A stretch of DNA of 64,000 nt, from positions 3,766-67,765 of the forward strand of contig CASIAP010000013.1 of NCBI GenBank assembly GCA_949372645.1, given 5' to 3'. Source of the stretch: Candidatus Poseidoniaceae archaeon (GTDB lineage: Archaea; Thermoplasmatota; Poseidoniia; Poseidoniales; Poseidoniaceae). Both the position numbers and the translations under genes were made by a program. Position 1 is the first letter of the stretch, and each line of letters opens with the position of its first letter. Below, in pieces: positions 54,718-64,000 of this stretch. The notes below the pieces were generated by a model that was given only the letters and a program-made list of their open reading frames with translations, searched no databases and was not told the origin of the DNA.

Positions 54718-55812
54718 TCAGTTACCGCCGATGACGAAGTCTTTCCATCGCTTCATGTATTCAACAAAAACTGGGCTTAAGTCTGCATCCAGCAAATGCT
54801 GTTCACTAAACGGTGGACGTTCAGGGGAATAGTCAGGGTCTCCAAGATGCATTGGCCAATCGGGGTGTGCAATCGCTACTCGAGCTACACCAATCAAATC
54901 TGCCCCTTCATCCATAAGCCATTCTGCGTCTATAGAAGACCAGATTGCGCCTGTCGAGACGAGTGGTATATGCGCAGGTATTACATCACGGAACCGTTGA
55001 GTGAGGCTCGGACCGTCTTCATCATTCTCAACGCCTTGGAACACATCCCAGCAAGAGATGTGAAGCATATCGATGTCCATTTCACACAACATCTCAGCAA
55101 GTTCGAGACTTTCATGTAAGAAGACGCCAGCCTTTTCGATGATGGGAGAGATACGAACTGCAAGAATAAAGTCCGGGCCTGTTGCTTGACGAACAGAAGT
55201 GATCATGTCACGCAAGAACTTGCTTCTTCCCATCAAATCGCCACCCCAGTTATCTTCACGTCGATTGGTAACGCTTCCGAGGAATTGACAGATGAGATAC
55301 GAATGAGCACCGTGCAATTCAACACCATCAAAACCTGCTTTTTGGCAACGCACGGCTGCATCTGTAAACGATTGAATCATCCCAAGCACTTCATCATGAG
55401 TTAATGCCCGAGTATACAATCCATCCATTCCCGCCTCGGTGTTTTCGCTGGCTGAGACGGGTTGAACCTGATTGAGAGATTGTGGGGCACGCATGCCACC
55501 GTGAAATATTTGAGCGAGACTCAGGGTTCCTGTCGCTTTCAATTGATTAGCCATCTTGGTAAGACCTGGGAGTTGATGGTCGCCCCATACGCCCATTTCC
55601 CCTTCCCAGCCACGCCCGTGTTCGGTAACGTTAGCTGCTGCAGTTGTGGTGATGGCAAATCCATCTTTGGCCCGTCGAACCAACCATTTTATTTCTTCAT
55701 CTGAAAGCGTGCCGTCTTCATTGCTTTGCTTGTTGGTCATCGCAGCAAGTACGCTCCGGTTCGGTAAGATATGTCCCGTTCGAGGAAGTGTGAATTGACT
55801 CGATGGGTCCAT
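54718..55812 (-). CDS. NADH:flavin oxidoreductase (Old Yellow Enzyme family)
   Basis: ...LPNRSVLAAMT..., GFDGVELHGAHSYLICQFL, TIM-barrel length. ATG 55812 avoids overlap with the upstream exporter gene; the longest ORF reaches 55932. Confidence 0.85.
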   Translation of the reverse strand: MDPSSQFTLPRTGHILPNRSVLAAMTNKQSNEDGTLSDEEIKWLVRRAKDGFAITTTAAANVTEHGRGWEGEMGVWGDHQLPGLTKMANQLKATGTLSLAQIFHGGMRAPQSLNQVQPVSASENTEAGMDGLYTRALTHDEVLGMIQSFTDAAVRCQKAGFDGVELHGAHSYLICQFLGSVTNRREDNWGGDLMGRSKFLRDMITSVRQATGPDFILAVRISPIIEKAGVFLHESLELAEMLCEMDIDMLHISCWDVFQGVENDEDGPSLTQRFRDVIPAHIPLVSTGAIWSSIDAEWLMDEGADLIGVARVAIAHPDWPMHLGDPDYSPERPPFSEQHLLDADLSPVFVEYMKRWKDFVIGGN

Positions 55813-55870
55813 GCTCAAAGCAAGAACTGCACCTTCTTGATGCTTCGCATGATTCAAACTGAAGAGATGG

Positions 55871-58228
55871 TCATTCGGATTCTTCTTCCTTTGGATGACC
55901 CGGTTCTGCTTTGGCAGGGAGCAGACGGTCAAGCCATTTTGGTGACCACCAGTTCCACTTACCCATCAGTCGCATTGTTGCAGGAACAACCAGAGCACGG
56001 ACAATTGTTGCATCGAGCAGAATGGCGAGAGCCAGTCCGAAACCGATTTGCTTGAGAATGATGATTGAAGACAAACCAAAGGCACTGAACACGACAACCA
56101 TAATTGCAGCTGCTCCAGTAATTAGGCGACCTGTCTTTTGCAATCCATTGGCGACAGCAAGGGTATTGTCACCCGTACGCTCCCATTCTTCATGGATACG
56201 TGAAAGCATCAAGACTTCATAATCCATCGATAATCCAAAGACAATACAGAACATGATGACTGGATTTGTCGCCTCAATTGGTTGGGGTGTAAAGTTGAGT
56301 AGATCTGCTCCATAACCCCACTGGAAGACAAAGACCAACATTCCGAACGATGCTGAAATCGAGAGAATATTCATCACAATAGCCTTGATTGGAATAATAA
56401 CACTGCGAACTTGAATGAAAATCAAGACAATGGTTGAGATGAGAATAAAGGCCAATGCTATTGGGAGACTGTCTTGAATGGCCCAAAGGGTATCGAGACT
56501 GTAGGCAGCAAACCCTGCTACCTTGAGCGAGGAATCCTCGCCGACAATCAACAGGTCTGTGAAATCATCTCGGTTTTCGCGCATATCTTCTACGAACTCA
56601 TGGCTTTCCCTACTGGTACTTGGCCCGTCAATAGCGTACACGACATAGGTGACATCACCAGAGATGAATTGTTGTCGAAGATATTCTCGAGTGGCATTCT
56701 CCGTTACATTAAGATCCTCAGATGGTGTTGACCAGAACTGAACAACACGCGATTCATTCATACCCATTTGCGGTAATGCATAGCCAAAGGCTTCGACAAT
56801 TCGTTCATCTTCAACTTGCGAGACCATCCAACGATGCATCTGGCGGAGATTCGATTCATTCAACGGGTCTGTGCCATCAAAGTCAATCACGACAATAGCA
56901 GCATTGGAGGTGCTTTGTGGCCACAGAGAGTCGATATGGTCGAGGCCAAGCCGTGATTCATCATCCGGTGGAAGAGCATCACGGTTCGCAAGAGAGAACT
57001 CAGCTTGGAAGAAGGGTAACCCTGCACCAAGCAAGATGATGAGCGTTGGAATCAAGACTGCCCATGGTCGGTCCATCACTGTGTTTGCGATACGAGACCA
57101 GATGCCATCCTCACCGTTTTCTTCAATCTTGAATGAAAAGGGGAGTTTACGACCTGTATTGAGTCGAGGGCCAAGAATTGCGAGAACTGCAGGTAAAACC
57201 AGGAGTGAATAGATCATTGCAATAGTGACGGCTAAAGTTCCACCAATGCCCAGGCTTGGCAAACTGGTATTGGTAAAGAACAACATTCCCATCAATCCGA
57301 TAGCAACAGTTACACCGCTGAAAAACACTGCTTTACCGGCAGTGGCAACCGTCATTGCAGTAGCTGTGCGGATATCATCCGGGTTACGCCCCATCTCTTC
57401 TCTGAATCGATTAACAAGGAAAAGGGAATAATCAATCGAGACACCAATTCCAATCAGTGAAATGATATTGACTGCATATTGAGTTACATCCGTGACATTT
57501 GACAACCAAATCGTAACGCCCATGGCAGAGACTACGGTGAGAATACCGACTCCAACAGGGAGAAGGGCTGCGATAAGTGTTCCGAAAACGATGGCGAGAA
57601 TAATGAGTGAAAGTGGACCAGATACGAGTTCTGCTTTGACAAGGTCTTTTTGAATTCGGTTATCAAAAGTGAATTCAATGGCCGTTTTATCAGTCCTCCA
57701 TGCATCAAACTGGCTATCGATTTCTACCGATTCCCAATGTTCAGAATAGAGTATTTTGGCATCTTTGCGTGACATGTTGAACACGACCTTGTTCTGTGCC
57801 CAAAATCCATCTTCACGCTCGAGAGTGAATTCATTACGCTCATCACCTTCCGTATCCCAGGAGTATTCGATAGAAACATCTGCCAATTCTGCAAAACCAG
57901 CAAGGGCGTCTTGTACTTCTTGTTGCCATACTTCAGAAGTATCATTCAAGGTTGAATGGCGAACAAGATAAACAAAACCTTGAGCACTTTCAGAATCGCC
58001 TCCATCCTCGCTAAAAGCATCGTTCATGGTCGAAATTGCTTCAACCGATTCAAGATCTCCTTCTCCCCAAGCCTCAGACCAATCAGGTCCCATAGCCATC
58101 AAGGAAGCCATCCCTAAACAGGCAAGAATACCAAACGCAAGGACTTGTTTTCGGTAATCATGAGTGAATTCACCGAGTTTGTAAAAGGCTCGGCCTTCGA
58201 ACATTCGAGCGTCAGTCGACGATTCCAT
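55871..58228 (-). CDS. RND-superfamily / MMPL-type exporter (COG1033-like), paralog 3
   Basis: Two-repeat 12-TM topology. Signatures are GIGVSIDYSLFLVNRFREE and GLSMDYEVLMLSRIHEE. ATG at 58228; the track opens at TTG 58258. It lies 65 nt downstream of the surface-protein gene on the same strand. Confidence 0.85.
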   Translation of the reverse strand: MESSTDARMFEGRAFYKLGEFTHDYRKQVLAFGILACLGMASLMAMGPDWSEAWGEGDLESVEAISTMNDAFSEDGGDSESAQGFVYLVRHSTLNDTSEVWQQEVQDALAGFAELADVSIEYSWDTEGDERNEFTLEREDGFWAQNKVVFNMSRKDAKILYSEHWESVEIDSQFDAWRTDKTAIEFTFDNRIQKDLVKAELVSGPLSLIILAIVFGTLIAALLPVGVGILTVVSAMGVTIWLSNVTDVTQYAVNIISLIGIGVSIDYSLFLVNRFREEMGRNPDDIRTATAMTVATAGKAVFFSGVTVAIGLMGMLFFTNTSLPSLGIGGTLAVTIAMIYSLLVLPAVLAILGPRLNTGRKLPFSFKIEENGEDGIWSRIANTVMDRPWAVLIPTLIILLGAGLPFFQAEFSLANRDALPPDDESRLGLDHIDSLWPQSTSNAAIVVIDFDGTDPLNESNLRQMHRWMVSQVEDERIVEAFGYALPQMGMNESRVVQFWSTPSEDLNVTENATREYLRQQFISGDVTYVVYAIDGPSTSRESHEFVEDMRENRDDFTDLLIVGEDSSLKVAGFAAYSLDTLWAIQDSLPIALAFILISTIVLIFIQVRSVIIPIKAIVMNILSISASFGMLVFVFQWGYGADLLNFTPQPIEATNPVIMFCIVFGLSMDYEVLMLSRIHEEWERTGDNTLAVANGLQKTGRLITGAAAIMVVVFSAFGLSSIIILKQIGFGLALAILLDATIVRALVVPATMRLMGKWNWWSPKWLDRLLPAKAEPGHPKEEESE

Positions 58229-58292
58229 GAACAGTGCCGGACACGACCCATTTATCAATGAATGTTTATGACATTTACATCGAAATTGAGGT

Positions 58293-60677
58293 TCACTTTT
58301 CGCTGATGTACTTTGAGACCCATTGATCTTCTAATTTCGAAGGAAGTCCAGAAAGTTCTTCCTTCTGTTTTGGACTTCGCGTCACGAGGAAGAGAATCGC
58401 AACAAGAAGTGCGATGATGATTCCGACCAATACGATGGTGTTGGAATTTGTTTCATCCTCGCTTTCAAGTTCAACGACCACATTGGTCTCATTGTTTTGT
58501 TCGAGGTTTTGTTCGACTGTGTCTTCTGGAATCAAACAGGTCGTACAAAACAGTGTGCTGAAGATTGCTGTATTTCCGGTCGCATCGGTGAAGATGAAAG
58601 AAACGGTGATGTTCTCCATTTGTTCGGTAAGAAGAAGGTCGATGGTTGCGAGGTCTTGAATCAAATTGAGTTGCTTTGATGCAGAATTTGTCGAAAGAAT
58701 GTAATCGATGGTGACTGCATCATCAAGAACTGTGAAATTGATGGTATAGGCTCCACCAGCTAAATTCGAGAACGTAGCCGTATCCCCTCCATCGAACCAT
58801 CGACTTGTTTCAACGTTCATTTCTGAATCGTAGAGTTTCATTTGAACATTCGGAGATCTTCGGTCTTCAAGAACTGAAGCGCTTAATGTCCAATCCTCAA
58901 ATGCCATGGAATTATCAAAGGCATCGGTGCCAGATATGGCGTAAACTGGAGTAAATGTTTCTCCGATTTTAGCAACAGTTGTTACGAAAACCGTGTGCTG
59001 GGATGTGCCACTGTTTTCCATCAATCCAACCAAGGTCCAGTGCGATTCTTCATTCATCTCTGTGTAGAGGTTTCGATAAATCTCCCATGTTGTTCCTTGC
59101 TCAAGAGCGTCACCAGCCCAACTGAGTTCTGTCGAACCATTGACGTGGTAGACGGCGCTCAACACTGCTGGAGAGAGAGGACTTTTGGTATCTTCAAGAA
59201 CTGCATTAAGAAGTGAATTCAGTGAAACAGAAATATTGGTTTGTTGAAGAGTTATGTTTTGCGTTCCAAAAGAAGCAACAGCGGTAACAGCATACCAAGC
59301 ATCAACCGAAACTCCGTCCGCTAACGTGTGGTTATAATGTTCATTGCCTGCATCAACCGTTGCCAAAAGAGCCACGGCTGAACTGCCAAAAGTAGTCGAT
59401 GTGATTTGACCAGTCAAAGAGCGCCAAATTTGGTAGCTGGCTTCTGAATGGTTGACTAAATCAGTCCATGTCAAGTGCGTTACACCCTTTGAATGGGATG
59501 CGGATAGATCTGTGATGATGTTTTGATTCTCCGACAAGGTGAATTCAAAAACATGGGCGGCGGGTGCTGCGGTTAGATTTGTCTGATGGTTACCCAATTG
59601 ATCTGAAAGGGTAATGAGGTAATACGAATCAACGTTAAATCCAGAAGATACTGTGAAGTTGTAGTGTGTTGAATTGCCAGGGAGTTGTGCGATTTGTTCG
59701 ACTCCTTCAGCATGAAGGTCGGAGATTGGTGAAACACTGCGCCAGATATGTAAGGAGTGATTGGCGTCTTCGATGACTGAACCGGTCCAACTCATTGATG
59801 TTTGAGCACTTGATGCATTAAATTGCAGTTGTAACGTTCCAGTAATCAAGGAACCAACATTATCCTCAACTAGGGCTTGGTTCAAGGTGTTGCTTGAAAG
59901 GAATCTGGTATCTTCAAGACCTCCAAAAGAGTGCATGACTGTATAATAAATCGAACGACTAAGGCTTGAAGGGTGGAGAATCTCAAACGAATTGACACTT
60001 GAGGCCATTGTGGTTCCAAGTTGAGTTTTATTTATCTGCTCCCAGTTACTTTGGTTCGCTTGAACACTATGACTCCAAATGGATGTAGTATGGTTTGAAT
60101 CCATTGAAGGGTTTACTCGAGATACATCAATCCAGCTCAAATGCGTGGTTGTGTTCTCAACATTGTAAACCGCTTGAAGACTGTATGGGGAGGTGATTGG
60201 AGACCCGAACTCATGAACTGGTTGCTGTAAAGCAGCATTCCCTGATGAAAAGTTATCCGTGACTGAACCATTTTCGAATGTGCTGATGATTCCGTAGTAA
60301 AAGTTACCATTCGTCGTTGGTGGAATCGTGTAGACTACGGTGTGTTCTCGGCTTTGACATGTGGCCAAAGCATCTGATTCCAGGCAGGCTTGAATTTGGT
60401 CACGGACTAATTCAGCTTGTTGATAGTTCGAACTGTTCAATGGTTCATCAGAGCGATAAAGTGAGTAATTGGTCGTTTTCAAATTCTCCAACATGATGAA
60501 ATTAGTCGTGTTAATATTATGCCAAGAAAGGGTGACTGTTTCATTGTCAGTATCAACTGTGGCCTGAAGGTTTTTCGCCTCAAGGTACGGTTCATCGACT
60601 CCATCTGCTTGGGCAGGGGGAATGAAAGGGACGAGCATAAGTAATATCAAAAAGACGGAAATTCGACGGTTGTTCAT
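58293..60677 (-). CDS. Secreted surface protein with about five FN3-like repeats and a C-terminal TM anchor
   Basis: Signal MNNRRISVFLILLMLVPFIPPAQA. A periodic motif recurs every 110-120 aa (VTLSWHN...YSLYRS; THLSWID...SIWSHS; TSMSWTG...LHIWRS; THLTWTD...YQIWRS; TELSWAG...WEIYRN). The TM helix is IVLVGIIIALLVAILFLV. Confidence 0.7.
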   Translation of the reverse strand: MNNRRISVFLILLMLVPFIPPAQADGVDEPYLEAKNLQATVDTDNETVTLSWHNINTTNFIMLENLKTTNYSLYRSDEPLNSSNYQQAELVRDQIQACLESDALATCQSREHTVVYTIPPTTNGNFYYGIISTFENGSVTDNFSSGNAALQQPVHEFGSPITSPYSLQAVYNVENTTTHLSWIDVSRVNPSMDSNHTTSIWSHSVQANQSNWEQINKTQLGTTMASSVNSFEILHPSSLSRSIYYTVMHSFGGLEDTRFLSSNTLNQALVEDNVGSLITGTLQLQFNASSAQTSMSWTGSVIEDANHSLHIWRSVSPISDLHAEGVEQIAQLPGNSTHYNFTVSSGFNVDSYYLITLSDQLGNHQTNLTAAPAAHVFEFTLSENQNIITDLSASHSKGVTHLTWTDLVNHSEASYQIWRSLTGQITSTTFGSSAVALLATVDAGNEHYNHTLADGVSVDAWYAVTAVASFGTQNITLQQTNISVSLNSLLNAVLEDTKSPLSPAVLSAVYHVNGSTELSWAGDALEQGTTWEIYRNLYTEMNEESHWTLVGLMENSGTSQHTVFVTTVAKIGETFTPVYAISGTDAFDNSMAFEDWTLSASVLEDRRSPNVQMKLYDSEMNVETSRWFDGGDTATFSNLAGGAYTINFTVLDDAVTIDYILSTNSASKQLNLIQDLATIDLLLTEQMENITVSFIFTDATGNTAIFSTLFCTTCLIPEDTVEQNLEQNNETNVVVELESEDETNSNTIVLVGIIIALLVAILFLVTRSPKQKEELSGLPSKLEDQWVSKYISEK

Positions 60678-60775
60678 TTTGACTCCCCATGGTGGGCTGC
60701 TCAAATCACCCTTATGTTAATTTTCTATACTTTCTTGACCCCAACGCTCATCAATAAGAGAGAGAACGAGTGTTC

Positions 60776-61198
60776 ATGCTTCACGACATCATCCATGAAT
60801 TGGAACCGGCTGAACGTTTTCTCTACGCCAAACTTCTGGCTCATTTAGCAAGTGTTGACAACAGTATCTCGAAAGTCGAAATGGCTTTTTTTGAACAACG
60901 GTTGGGAGCAACCCTCCTTTCACCAGAGCGTAAGCAACAACTCCGGGAAGGAATGGGTCAGACAATCGACTTAGGTGCGCATTTGAAAATCATGAAGCCA
61001 CGCACAATTAAGTTGGCATTGCGAGATATCTGCTTGATGACGATGGTTGACAGAGAAATCGTCGCTTCTGAGCGGGCTGTGCTCCTTCAGGTGGCTACCG
61101 CAGCAGGACTAACCTCACAACATGTAGATCAGCTGTTAGAATGGGTCGTTAAAGGATTCCACTGGATGCAAAACGGTTACAATGTTCTCAACATTTGA
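60776..61198 (+). CDS. TerB-like (tellurite-resistance TerB family) helical protein
   Basis: ERFLYAKLLAHLASVDNSISKVEMAFFEQRL and MTMVDREIVASERAVLLQVATAAGL are two halves of a TerB-type repeat. Confidence 0.55.
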   Translation: MLHDIIHELEPAERFLYAKLLAHLASVDNSISKVEMAFFEQRLGATLLSPERKQQLREGMGQTIDLGAHLKIMKPRTIKLALRDICLMTMVDREIVASERAVLLQVATAAGLTSQHVDQLLEWVVKGFHWMQNGYNVLNI

Positions 61199-61500
61199 CC
61201 TTCATTGAGCAGAAGACTGAAAAAATCTCACTCAATTCAATTCTTAACCAAGAGACAAATTAAGAGTGTGTGTGAGAACAATACCGATGGATCAATGTTA
61301 TGCAAGAACAACCATCATGAACCAGCAGAAGAATCGACATGAACATTTGTTCAGGTTAGAATAGTAACCTTTCCAATGAAAGGATTTCTCTCCACCATCT
61401 CATGGTCTTTGAAGATTCAACAGTCGTTCAATCGCTTTGATTCAAGTCACCAGAGGGGTGCACAAAACTGTTCAAAAGAGCGTTCAAAGACGATTGGAGA

Positions 61501-61541
61501 CCTCTGTGGGAGTGAACAGTGTGTTGCTCATCCCACAGAGG
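61501..61541. other. Perfect 11-bp inverted repeat (stem-loop) in a 424-bp non-coding gap
   Basis: CCTCTGTGGGA (61501-61511) pairs with TCCCACAGAGG (61531-61541) across a 19-nt loop. Confidence 0.35.
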
Positions 61542-61622
61542 CTTTCGTCCAAAGTTTACACTCAAAGATCTGTGTCTCGTTCGATACCTGCAAGAGGTAT
61601 CTCAGTGAATACGTCGATGTGT

Positions 61623-62114
61623 TCAGTCAAGGTCAGCGCCATTCATGATAAGAGGAAGGACGATGATCATGCTACAACAGACAGCTTGGATTCCAGCGTA
61701 AATCATTCCGAAACCGGCAACAAAGCCAGCAGCGTCTTCTCCAAATACCTTTTCGGTTTCTGCAGCGACAATGAGCACGTTGATAACGGTACTCAAAACT
61801 GCAATACCAACTGCTCCGAATCCAAACCAAACTCCGCTTCTCTTGTATTTCATCAAGAGAAGTCCAGAATAGAAAAACAGACCAGAAGAGGCGACGTTCA
61901 TGAAGGCGGTAAGATAAACCACCATCACAGCGGTATCTCCAAACCCTTCAGTATCGGTTCCAAAGGACATAACTCCAAAGATAAATCCGAGGCCACCAAG
62001 AAGAATAGCAATGATTCCGAAAACTTTCGGTCCACCACTTTTATTTTGCATAATAATCACTTGTTGTCCGGCTGGGGCTACTTGGCCCATCATTTGTGCA
62101 TCTTGGGGTTGCAT
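61623..62114 (-). CDS. Four-TM membrane protein, hypothetical
   Basis: 163 aa. A Gln-rich N-terminus is followed by four clear hydrophobic helices. The antisense 249-aa ORF has junk-like composition. Confidence 0.6.
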   Translation of the reverse strand: MQPQDAQMMGQVAPAGQQVIIMQNKSGGPKVFGIIAILLGGLGFIFGVMSFGTDTEGFGDTAVMVVYLTAFMNVASSGLFFYSGLLLMKYKRSGVWFGFGAVGIAVLSTVINVLIVAAETEKVFGEDAAGFVAGFGMIYAGIQAVCCSMIIVLPLIMNGADLD

Positions 62115-62277
62115 AGCTGTCGCTCAGCGAACTGCCTTATGAATTATTCGGCTGAAATGTTACATTATTTGCAAGAATCAAGGTAAATCTTAATTTCAAA
62201 GAAGGGCTCACTCAAATAAAGTAACTTTGCTCCGCTAAATGCCCCTTGTTGGACTGAGAGGTGCCTTTCACTGGCTT

Positions 62278-62985
62278 TCATTCACTTTCACTAAGGCTCA
62301 TGTATTCTACTTTTGAGTAGAGGATTGCCTGTTCAATGAATCGCCAATGGTACATAATTCCAATGATAATGGCAAAATGAAACAGCTCATGGGTGCCAAG
62401 AATGCCCGGGATGAACGTCAGTGAATCAAAGACGTCAAGAATCGCACCCATGCTGTAAGCGATTCCACCATAAGCGAGAAGCCGAACAAGTTCCCAATCG
62501 TATTCCCTCATGGCCAATACTCCAGAGTAAGCACCCGCCCAACCCATGGCGAGGAAGAATACCAGAGCTAACCATTCGGGGAAGACGTCAAAGAATACTG
62601 TCATGAAAACAACCCCGTTAATCGCGATTACCCAGATAAATATCAGAACCCCCCATCTCTTCCAACCCTCAAACAGGAGAAGATGAATGGGTGTGAAAGT
62701 ACCAGCGATCATCAAACATATCGATGCATAGTCAAGGTGTTGCATCACATAGCGCCCAGTGCCATTATGTGCAAGCAGATGATAGACACCACTCATCGAA
62801 AGCATGAAGACTGTACATATGACAAAGATGATCAAACCGAATCTATGGAGGAGAGGTCCTCTAAAGCGTGCGCAAAGCCGCACTCCGAGGAAAAGAGAAA
62901 CGCAAGCTGCCAGGAGATGAGTCCAACTGCTCACCGGATCTGCAAAGCCCAAAAACGAATAGCGGAAGTAATCGACTGGCTCCAT
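62278..62985 (-). CDS. Hemolysin-III / PAQR-family membrane protein
   Basis: Seven TM helices. SSWTHLLAACVS, MSGVYHLLAH, DYASICLMIAGTFTP and HELFHFAIIIG are the conserved His-containing motifs. Confidence 0.85.
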   Translation of the reverse strand: MEPVDYFRYSFLGFADPVSSWTHLLAACVSLFLGVRLCARFRGPLLHRFGLIIFVICTVFMLSMSGVYHLLAHNGTGRYVMQHLDYASICLMIAGTFTPIHLLLFEGWKRWGVLIFIWVIAINGVVFMTVFFDVFPEWLALVFFLAMGWAGAYSGVLAMREYDWELVRLLAYGGIAYSMGAILDVFDSLTFIPGILGTHELFHFAIIIGIMYHWRFIEQAILYSKVEYMSLSESE

Positions 62986-63054
62986 GCAGTTCTCTCAGTA
63001 GATACTGCTGTTGATTGTTTCCATCCCCTGTCGGCATATTCAGTAAAGACTCTT

Positions 63055-63963
63055 TCATTGAACCCATCGAGTCCATTCGCTTGTTGAATTCTCACGAACA
63101 AACCAGATCTTGCTTCCTGGAGGGGATTCAAGATATTCATAACCATCTTCTTGGTTCACTTCACCTGAAATGGTCTTACTGGGCGTAGGTATGACGCTTG
63201 GAGAAGGAGTAGCAGGCTGTTCATGTGCAACAGTTCCCACAATTTCCAAGGACGAGTCTGAGTCTTCAGTTCGCATAAGTATGTCTTGGGACAGATATTC
63301 TGAACGTTCTTTGGTATCAAGCGCACCACCAAGTCCGAAGAAGGCATCACTGTGTGCAATTCTGCTTCTTTCCTCTGAACCCATTTCCAAGAGGTCGGTA
63401 ATGAGCGTGTTTAATTTCTCTCGTGTCACTTTCTTAATTTCGCTGTTGGTATAACGCGCCGTCAATTCCGATTTGAGTTGGAACAACTCCTCTACCAAGA
63501 CTTCAGTGTCTTGATAATACGTTTGAACCAGTGATTTGAGGTATTCTAACTCTCGTATTTCCTCCTTGTTGAGTTTGGAATTCCCCTTAAACACTCGAAG
63601 CCAGCGTACCGAATCCGGTAATAAAGCCGCTATCATATTGGTTTGAAGGAATCCAAGCAGAGCAATAACAATCGCACCAACCCCAACAGTTTGAAGAATG
63701 GCTCCTTGATCACCAGAACTCAGCGAATCCAGGAAACTTTGCCCTTCTTCATTCTCAACCACACAACCGTTGACGTTCACAGAAACTTCAGCTTTGGTAT
63801 CGGGACAGGCGTCTTTGAGGTCATCCACACCATCCCCGTCTTGGTCGAATAAACATCCATCAATGTCAACATAGCCATCAAGCAACAGTGTTCGGGCAGA
63901 GGTCGTACAGATCATCGACTCCATCTGCGTCCGAATCAATCGATGCTGTTTCATTTGTTTCAT
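63055..63963 (-). CDS. C-terminal part of a thrombospondin-type-3-repeat membrane protein (probably frameshifted, see 63878-64000)
   Basis: VDIDGCLFDQDGDGVDDLKDACPDT (TSP3/OmpA-like Ca-binding repeat), TM helix AILQTVGVGAIVIALLGFL, then a coiled-coil-like cytoplasmic region. The first roughly 25 residues of the track ORF look like an out-of-frame read. Confidence 0.6.
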   Translation of the reverse strand: MKQMKQHRLIRTQMESMICTTSARTLLLDGYVDIDGCLFDQDGDGVDDLKDACPDTKAEVSVNVNGCVVENEEGQSFLDSLSSGDQGAILQTVGVGAIVIALLGFLQTNMIAALLPDSVRWLRVFKGNSKLNKEEIRELEYLKSLVQTYYQDTEVLVEELFQLKSELTARYTNSEIKKVTREKLNTLITDLLEMGSEERSRIAHSDAFFGLGGALDTKERSEYLSQDILMRTEDSDSSLEIVGTVAHEQPATPSPSVIPTPSKTISGEVNQEDGYEYLESPPGSKIWFVRENSTSEWTRWVQ

Positions 63964-64000
63964 TCAGTCCATTCGTCTCATTGGATTGAGAGTCATTTTG
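63878..64000 (-). pseudogene. Upstream reading frame of the same TSP3-repeat gene, entering from the window edge
   Basis: A minus-strand frame is open from 64000 to TGA at 63878-63880. It reads ...NETNETASIDSDADGVDDLYDLCPNTVA*, another TSP3 repeat. Shifting one nucleotide near 63886 joins it to ...LLDGYVDIDGC... in the 63055-63963 frame. Confidence 0.45.

Noticed and set aside
61437-62186. 249-aa plus-strand ORF
   Set aside because: It is antisense to a minus-strand ORF with four clean TM helices. The plus frame is Ser/Asn/His/Lys-rich without structure, and its 5' part lies in the non-coding gap.
1-64000. CRISPR arrays, IS elements, integrases, prophage or toxin-antitoxin/defence islands
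   Set aside because: I saw no spaced direct repeats, terminal inverted repeats, or transposase, integrase or nuclease signatures. The tRNAs are not flanked by integrase-like genes. The window looks like core chromosome with laterally acquired metabolic genes.

Overview
The window is a gene-dense (about 90% coding) chromosomal segment from an archaeon. Archaeal markers include RNA polymerase subunit L, aEF-1beta, Cbf5 with a PUA domain, TruD, aCPSF1/FttA, proteasome beta, a ZPR1 zinc finger, a SepF-like protein and a type-A-like RNase P RNA. Moderate GC, several giant secreted proteins and many bacterial-type genes (ribA, thyA-folA, plsC, Ni-SOD, VKOR) suggest a marine planktonic euryarchaeon of the MG-II/III (Thermoplasmatota) kind. 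That placement is inference only. I found no CRISPR array, transposase, integrase or rRNA. Not given by the ORF track: three tRNAs (His-GUG, Lys-CUU, Pro-UGG), an RNase P RNA on the minus strand between two convergent genes, and two short zinc-ribbon ORFs. Most notable findings: (1) three paralogous RND/MMPL-type exporters, each beside a giant CARDB-ended or FN3-like surface protein; (2) an archaeosortase-like membrane protein, with a shared [S/R]-[D/E]-G motif before the C-terminal helix of four surface proteins; (3) an operon of epimerase, thioredoxin-like protein, VKOR and a His-rich secreted protein; (4) a sodN-sodX Ni-SOD pair; (5) two genes split by frameshifts (carbamate kinase and a thrombospondin-type-3-repeat protein at the right edge); (6) a PdaD-like protein lacking the pyruvoyl-forming serine; (7) a TrpRS with an insertion of about 90 aa. 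All family assignments come from motif recognition by eye. No searches were run. Start codons are best guesses, because the ORF track also opens on GTG/TTG.
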